From Candidatus Zixiibacteriota bacterium (GTDB lineage Bacteria; RBG-13-66-14; B26-G2; WVWN01): 64,000 bases of DNA. Location of the stretch: positions 33,974 through 97,973 of the forward strand of contig JASFLY010000009.1 of the NCBI GenBank assembly GCA_050117845.1. Reading direction: 5' to 3'. The stretch's first letter is position 1; each line of letters begins with the position of its first letter. Shown here in pieces: positions 59,579 through 64,000 of this stretch. Under the pieces are notes generated by a model. It worked only from the letters and a program-made list of their open reading frames with translations, ran no database searches and was not told the origin of the DNA. The position numbers and the translations under genes are program-made.

Positions 59579-60226
59579 ATGAAACCGATTTTACGGACAC
59601 TCTTCGCCGCATTCGTAATCGGGGGAACCGTCCTCGGGCCGGCCGCGGCGGGGGCCACCGGGGCGGTCGTGGAACTCGAGAGCCGCGTCACCGGCAACCG
59701 CGTCCCGTGGCGGGGCGGGGCCGGCGACGCCCTGCGGTTCCAGTGCCTGTGGCTGCAAAGCGGCATCGAGGCCGCCGGGTACGTAAATCAAATCGATTTT
59801 TACTTCTCCTCCGGCAGCGTACCGGCCTCCTTTTATAATTGCCGCGTCCTGTTGTGCCACTCGTCGAACGCCGAGCTGGAATCGACCTTCGCCGACAACT
59901 ATACCGGAAATACGCCCGTCGAGGTCTTCAACGGGACCATGACGCTCGACGGGGCCACGTGGCTGGATATCCGCATCACGCCGGGGCTCTTCGACTACAA
60001 CAACGCCGACAACCTGTTAATGGAGATATCCTGGGACGGGGACAGCGGAAACAACGTTTACTGCTACCAGTGCAACGGGGCCTATCGACGCTTATATAAT
60101 TTCGACAGCAGTACCGCCGCCGAGGGAACGCCCCAGGCCGAGAGCCAGTACATCCGCCTCCACGTCGGGACCTTGCCCGGCGTTGCGCCGACGAGCCTGG
60201 GCCGCGTCCGGGCGTTATACAAATAA
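59579..60226 (+). CDS. Secreted protein, family B paralog 3
   Basis: Signal peptide; LRFQCLW, NYTGNTPV, FDYNNADNL-x-x-EISW; ends VAPTSLGRVRALYK. Confidence 0.85.
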   Translation: MKPILRTLFAAFVIGGTVLGPAAAGATGAVVELESRVTGNRVPWRGGAGDALRFQCLWLQSGIEAAGYVNQIDFYFSSGSVPASFYNCRVLLCHSSNAELESTFADNYTGNTPVEVFNGTMTLDGATWLDIRITPGLFDYNNADNLLMEISWDGDSGNNVYCYQCNGAYRRLYNFDSSTAAEGTPQAESQYIRLHVGTLPGVAPTSLGRVRALYK

Positions 60227-60255
60227 ACGCTCACGCCGCCACCCACCGTTCTAAC

Positions 60256-60287
60256 AAAAAACGCCCCTCCTCGGAGGGGCGGTTTTA
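60256..60287. terminator. Bidirectional terminator
   Basis: AAAAAACGCCCCTCC-TC-GGAGGGGCGGTTTT; arms match the terminators at 53755 and 54556. Confidence 0.7.
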
Positions 60288-60313
60288 ACTTTGAGTATTC
60301 GGGGGCGGGCGTT

Positions 60314-60862
60314 TTACAGCTTGAACGCCACCAACTCCTGGAACCATTCCCGGTCGCGGTAAAGCTCGAAGTCGGCGTCGGTGGCGGCGCGGGTATTCAT
60401 ATTGGGGGCGTACGACAGCGCCCGGCCCAGCATCTCCCGCGTCTCTTCCTCCCGGCCGGCCCGGGCCAGCAGGCAGGCGTAATTGTACGCGTGGATGTAA
60501 TCCTCGCCGCCCAGCCGCACGCCTTCCAAAAATTCCTGTTCGGCCTCCGGGGTCCGGCCGACGTCCATCAGGCAGGAGCCGCGCGTCGTATGGGCGTACG
60601 CGTTGTCGGGGTGTTCGGAGAGGAATTCGTCCACGGTTGCCAACGCGTCGTCGACGCGCCCCAGCTTGGAAAGCACGAACGCCTTCGCGAGCGGAGGCCG
60701 GTCGTACGTCGGGTCGGCGGCGATGGCCTGCTCAATCAGGCCCAGCGCCTCCTCGAAGCGGCCGCTGTTGGACAACACCCGGCCGCTGTCCATCAGCGCC
60801 TTGGCGCGCATCCGCCGGGCGTCGCCGCCGGAGGCGTTATCCTGTTCGAGGGCCTGGTTCAT
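60314..60862 (-). CDS. TPR protein, paralog 1
   Basis: TPR units; YNYAC...; ends DADFELYRDREWFQ. Confidence 0.85.
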   Translation of the reverse strand: MNQALEQDNASGGDARRMRAKALMDSGRVLSNSGRFEEALGLIEQAIAADPTYDRPPLAKAFVLSKLGRVDDALATVDEFLSEHPDNAYAHTTRGSCLMDVGRTPEAEQEFLEGVRLGGEDYIHAYNYACLLARAGREEETREMLGRALSYAPNMNTRAATDADFELYRDREWFQELVAFKL

Positions 60863-60888
60863 CTATCGCCTATGCCGTCTTTGCGCCC

Positions 60889-61425
60889 TTACTTGAAAGC
60901 GGTCACGCTCTGGAACCATTCCCGGTCGCGAACGCTTTCGAGGTCCGGGTCGATGGCCGCCTTGGAGTTGTGCTTGGGGTCGGCCTCCAGGGCCCGACGC
61001 AGGTACTTCTCGCACTCTTCCTCGTCGCCCTCCGCCGCCCAGTAGCACGCGAAATTGTAATTGGTCACCAGGTCGTCGGGGCCCAGCTCCACGCCGCGAC
61101 GGTACAGGCCCAGCGCCGCGGCCGCATCGCCCTGGCGGTGCCGGGCGTTGGCCTTGGTCGTATAGGCCCGGGCGAAGGTCGGATAACGGCTTATTATTTC
61201 GTCGCACACGGTCACGGCGTCCTCGTACCGCGCGAGCATCACGAGCGCGTTGCCCACCGAGGCCCGCGCTTCCAGGAATTCCGGGTCGTGATCGAGCGCC
61301 GCCTCGAAGGATTTCAGCGCGTCCTCGAAGCGGCCGGCGTCGAATTGGGCCCGGCCTACCGCCGTAACCGTCTCGGCCCGGAGGCGTTCCGGGCTTTTTT
61401 CCTTATCGCTTATCTCAGTTGCCAT
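60889..61425 (-). CDS. TPR protein, paralog 2
   Basis: ATG 61425; TPR units; YNFAC...; ends DPDLESVRDREWFQ. Confidence 0.85.
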   Translation of the reverse strand: MATEISDKEKSPERLRAETVTAVGRAQFDAGRFEDALKSFEAALDHDPEFLEARASVGNALVMLARYEDAVTVCDEIISRYPTFARAYTTKANARHRQGDAAAALGLYRRGVELGPDDLVTNYNFACYWAAEGDEEECEKYLRRALEADPKHNSKAAIDPDLESVRDREWFQSVTAFK

Positions 61426-61447
61426 ATCAACCACCCCACCTGATTCA

Positions 61448-61476
61448 ATTCTATAACGCCCCGGCGGCGAAGTCAA
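61448..61476 (-). promoter_or_regulatory. Promoter of the TPR pair
   Basis: Minus strand TTGACT-17 nt-TAGAAT. Confidence 0.65.
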
Positions 61477-61599
61477 CACGAATCCGCCCCCCGTCCCGGC
61501 CACATTCCCCTTGCCTTCGACCCGGAGGCGTTGTATATTTGCGCCCCGAGGATATCCGGTAATCATTTCCCACCTTTTTTTCGAGAGAGGTAATCAACT

Positions 61600-62589
61600 A
61601 TGGCGAACCCGTCCATCAAAAAGATACTGGTAACGGGCTCGGTGGGCCAAATAGGCTCCGAACTCTCGCTCGCGCTGCGGGAGCAGTACGGCGCCGAAAA
61701 CGTCATCGCCACCGGCCGCAAGACCAAGCCTTCCAAGGAACTGGAAGAGTCCGGCCCCTTCGAGTTCATCGACGTGGCCAAGCGCGAGACCGTGGAAGAG
61801 GTCTGCGACAAGTACGACGTCAACGCCATCGTCCACATGGCCGCCATCCTCTCGGCCACCGGCGAGCAGAACCCGATGCTGTGCTGGGACGTCAACATGA
61901 ACGGGACGATAAACGTGCTCGAGGTGGCGCGGGATCGCAATATGGCCCAGGTCCTCATCCCGAGCTCCATCGCGGCCTTCGGCCCCGAGACGCCCCGCGA
62001 CAACACGCCCCAGGAAACGGTCCTCAAGCCCCGCACGATGTACGGCGTCACCAAGGTCGCCGGCGAACTCGTGAGCGACTACTACTTCCACAAGTACGGC
62101 CTGGACGTCCGCGGCCTGCGCTACCCCGGCATCATCTCCGCGGAGACGCCCCCCGGCGGCGGGACCACCGACTACGCCGTCGCCATCTACTACGCCGCGG
62201 TCAAGGGCGAGCCGTACAACTGCTTCGTGCGCGAGGACACGGTTCTGCCCATGATGTACATGCCCGACTGCCTCAAGGCCACCATGGACCTCATGGACGC
62301 CGACGTGTCGGGGCTCGTTCACCACTCCGACTTCAACGTCGGCTCGATGAGCTTCTCGGTCGCCGAGCTGGCCGACGCCATCCGCAAGCACGTCCCGGAC
62401 TTCGAGGTGACGTACGAGCCCGACTTCCGGCAGGCCATCGCGGACTCCTGGCCGCGCTCGCTGGACGACGGCGCCGCCCGGAAGGAGTGGGGCTGGTCGC
62501 CGGCGTACGACGTCGACGCCATGACCGAGGACATGCTGACGAAGCTGCGGGCCAAATACGAGGCCGGCACGCTTCCCGAAATGGGATAA
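61600..62589 (+). CDS. tdh: SDR-type (GalE-like) L-threonine 3-dehydrogenase
   Basis: GSVGQIG, AAILSATGE, PSSIAAFGP, MYGVTK, RYPGIIS, PGGGTTDYAV, LPMMYMPD, RQAIADSWP. Confidence 0.88.
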   Translation: MANPSIKKILVTGSVGQIGSELSLALREQYGAENVIATGRKTKPSKELEESGPFEFIDVAKRETVEEVCDKYDVNAIVHMAAILSATGEQNPMLCWDVNMNGTINVLEVARDRNMAQVLIPSSIAAFGPETPRDNTPQETVLKPRTMYGVTKVAGELVSDYYFHKYGLDVRGLRYPGIISAETPPGGGTTDYAVAIYYAAVKGEPYNCFVREDTVLPMMYMPDCLKATMDLMDADVSGLVHHSDFNVGSMSFSVAELADAIRKHVPDFEVTYEPDFRQAIADSWPRSLDDGAARKEWGWSPAYDVDAMTEDMLTKLRAKYEAGTLPEMG

Positions 62590-62598
62590 TACAGGCCC

Positions 62599-62778
62599 TT
62601 GAGTTTAATCTGCCTCAAATGTCCGCTCGCCCGGTTCCCGGAGCCGCAGGAGCAGTGCTACCGGACCGGCGGCCTCATCTGCCGCGTGGACGACGGAAAC
62701 GTCGGCAAGTACGAGGACTGCCGCTTCGGCTGGGACGCCGGGCGGGCGGCCGAAGAGGCGGAGTGCCTGGAGGAATAG
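62599..62778 (+). CDS. 59-aa Cys-rich microprotein (not in ORF track)
   Basis: Hand-translated MSLICLKCPLARFPEPQEQCYRTGGLICRVDDGNVGKYEDCRFGWDAGRAAEEAECLEE; TTG 9 nt after tdh stop; strong G/C third-position bias. Confidence 0.6.
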   Translation: MSLICLKCPLARFPEPQEQCYRTGGLICRVDDGNVGKYEDCRFGWDAGRAAEEAECLEE

Positions 62779-62790
62779 CCTATCGGGATC

Positions 62791-62818
62791 TTGACCGAAA
62801 GATAATATCGTGTATAAT
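62791..62818 (+). promoter_or_regulatory. Promoter of the HEPN module
   Basis: TTGACC-16 nt-TATAAT followed by GAGAGGAG RBS. Confidence 0.65.
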
Positions 62819-62835
62819 TTTAGTGGAGAGGAGAT

Positions 62836-63339
62836 ATGAAAGAATATAGCGGTTTAAAATTGGATTTAAATAATATGACCGCCGATTCTTACCTACAATT
62901 AGGAAAACGGCGGCTGGATGAAGCCGACCTATTAGTACAGCGTGGGCATTTCGCCTTGGGCGGCTACGTCGCTGGATTAGCCGCGGAATGTATTTTAAGC
63001 GGTTGGCTGGTCTTCGCGGGAAAACCGGTTCCAAAAAGCCACAGTTTTTACCAAAAGCTTAAGGATAATCCCTTACTCGAAAAAGAACGGGACGAAAAGC
63101 GGAAAAAGGAATCCCGTGTTAAGATTAACTCCATCCATCGCCGGTGGAATAACATACTTCGTTATGCGCCGGAAAGTATTATGGAAACGGCATATAAAAC
63201 GCAACGTTGTTATAAAGATTCGGACGGGACGCCTTTAAAGGGAGATTTAGCGTGGGCAAACGCGGCCGTACTCATCCGGGAAGTAGGTTGGCTAGTCCAA
63301 AGGAGTCAAGCGAAATGGAAGATTTTAAAGAAAAAGTAG
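62836..63339 (+). CDS. HEPN-domain protein (basic)
   Basis: RLDEADLL..G...YVAGLAAEC-x-L, PKSH, W-x3-LRY; visibly lower GC than flanks. Confidence 0.75.
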   Translation: MKEYSGLKLDLNNMTADSYLQLGKRRLDEADLLVQRGHFALGGYVAGLAAECILSGWLVFAGKPVPKSHSFYQKLKDNPLLEKERDEKRKKESRVKINSIHRRWNNILRYAPESIMETAYKTQRCYKDSDGTPLKGDLAWANAAVLIREVGWLVQRSQAKWKILKKK

Positions 63340-63569
63340 AAGAGGCGATTAACGCCGAATTCGGCGAAAATGCCGCTGAACTAGAAGTATTAGAGTCGGG
63401 TCGCGTTTCAGGCTTCGTGGTATCCGGGAAATTCGACGATAAATCGGATCAAGAACGCCAGGATATGCTTTGGGAAACCCTTAAAGAGGCCTTAACTCAA
63501 GAGGAGCTGTTAAACGTTTCTTTTCTAATTACGTTGACCCCCGACGAAGAAGAAGCCTACGCGGAATAG
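63315..63569 (+). CDS. Small acidic BolA-like protein
   Basis: AGGAG RBS, ATG 63315, overlaps HEPN by 25 nt; VVSGKF-x2-KS-x2-ERQ-x2-LW-x2-L...TLTPDE. Confidence 0.7.
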   Translation: MEDFKEKVEEAINAEFGENAAELEVLESGRVSGFVVSGKFDDKSDQERQDMLWETLKEALTQEELLNVSFLITLTPDEEEAYAE

Positions 63570-63614
63570 CCGCCCCCACCAATCTGAGCGTCAGCGCGCC
63601 TGAAACAGGCCCTC

Positions 63615-64000
63615 ATGATTTCGGAAAATAACGCCCCCCGAAAAGGGGGGCTTTTTTAATATTACGCACGGGCGGCCGCCAGCCGGCCCCAAAACCGCCA
63701 TGATTTAGGAAAATAATCCCTCCGAAAAGGGGGTACATCGGCCTTTTGTAGGGGTGACTGGCCAGTCGCCTCTGCCGACACCCCCCGGCCCGGACGCCGG
63801 CCGGCCCCAAAACCGCCATGATTTAGGAAAATAACGGCCCCCGAGAAGGGGGGTTTTTTTAATATTACGCACGGGCGACCGTCAGGTCGCCCCCTTACGT
63901 TCAATGATTTAGGAAAATAATTCCCCGAAAGGGGGTAATTCGGCGTTTTGTAGGGGCGACTGGCCAGTCGCCCCTGCCGGGCGCCCGCCGGGGCGGGCGC
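63615..64000. repeat. Composite intergenic repeat with GTAG-type REP palindromes
   Basis: ATGATTT[CA]GGAAAATAA...CCGA[AG]A(A)GGGGG at 63615, 63700, 63818, 63904; GTAGGGG[TC]GACTGGCCAGTCGCC[TC]CTGC at 63748 and 63950; runs to window edge. Confidence 0.85.

Noticed and set aside
63613..63904. Short minus-strand ORFs 63613-63819 and 63662-63904
   Set aside because: They are translations of the repeat array.
63615..64000. CRISPR array
   Set aside because: Intervening sequences repeat each other and spacing is irregular; no cas genes in the window.

Overview
GC-rich bacterial chromosomal window from a diderm organism (GmhA/heptose kinase, outer-membrane beta-barrels, a T9SS-type C-terminal domain). 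The rplM-rpsI-rpsB-tsf-pyrH-frr linkage suggests an FCB-related candidate phylum (inference). Positions 1-21.4 kb hold one minus-strand housekeeping superoperon (rplM to truB, PHP, M28 peptidase, ppx). The rest mixes core genes (truA, tRNA-Leu, addAB, gmhA/rfaE1/pyrF, an EF-G paralog, pyrG) with accessory modules. Best leads: (1) six secreted ~210-220 aa proteins from two unrelated families share a terminal [VIM]-x-P-x-S-[LMF]-G-R-[VIA]-[KR]-x-x-Y-x motif, a candidate protein-sorting signal, and two carry it on a near-identical 86-nt tail+3'UTR block; (2) an acsA-ACP-kbl2 transcription unit beside a second kbl and an SDR-type threonine dehydrogenase, a possible carrier-protein-tethered threonine/glycine/acetate pathway; (3) a lower-GC HEPN + BolA-like gene pair followed by a REP-containing composite repeat; (4) a DCD/EVE-like + PD-(D/E)XK nuclease fusion; (5) three Cys-rich microproteins below the ORF-track cutoff and two genes with no canonical start at the expected position. 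All family assignments come from recognising motifs by eye; no searches were run.
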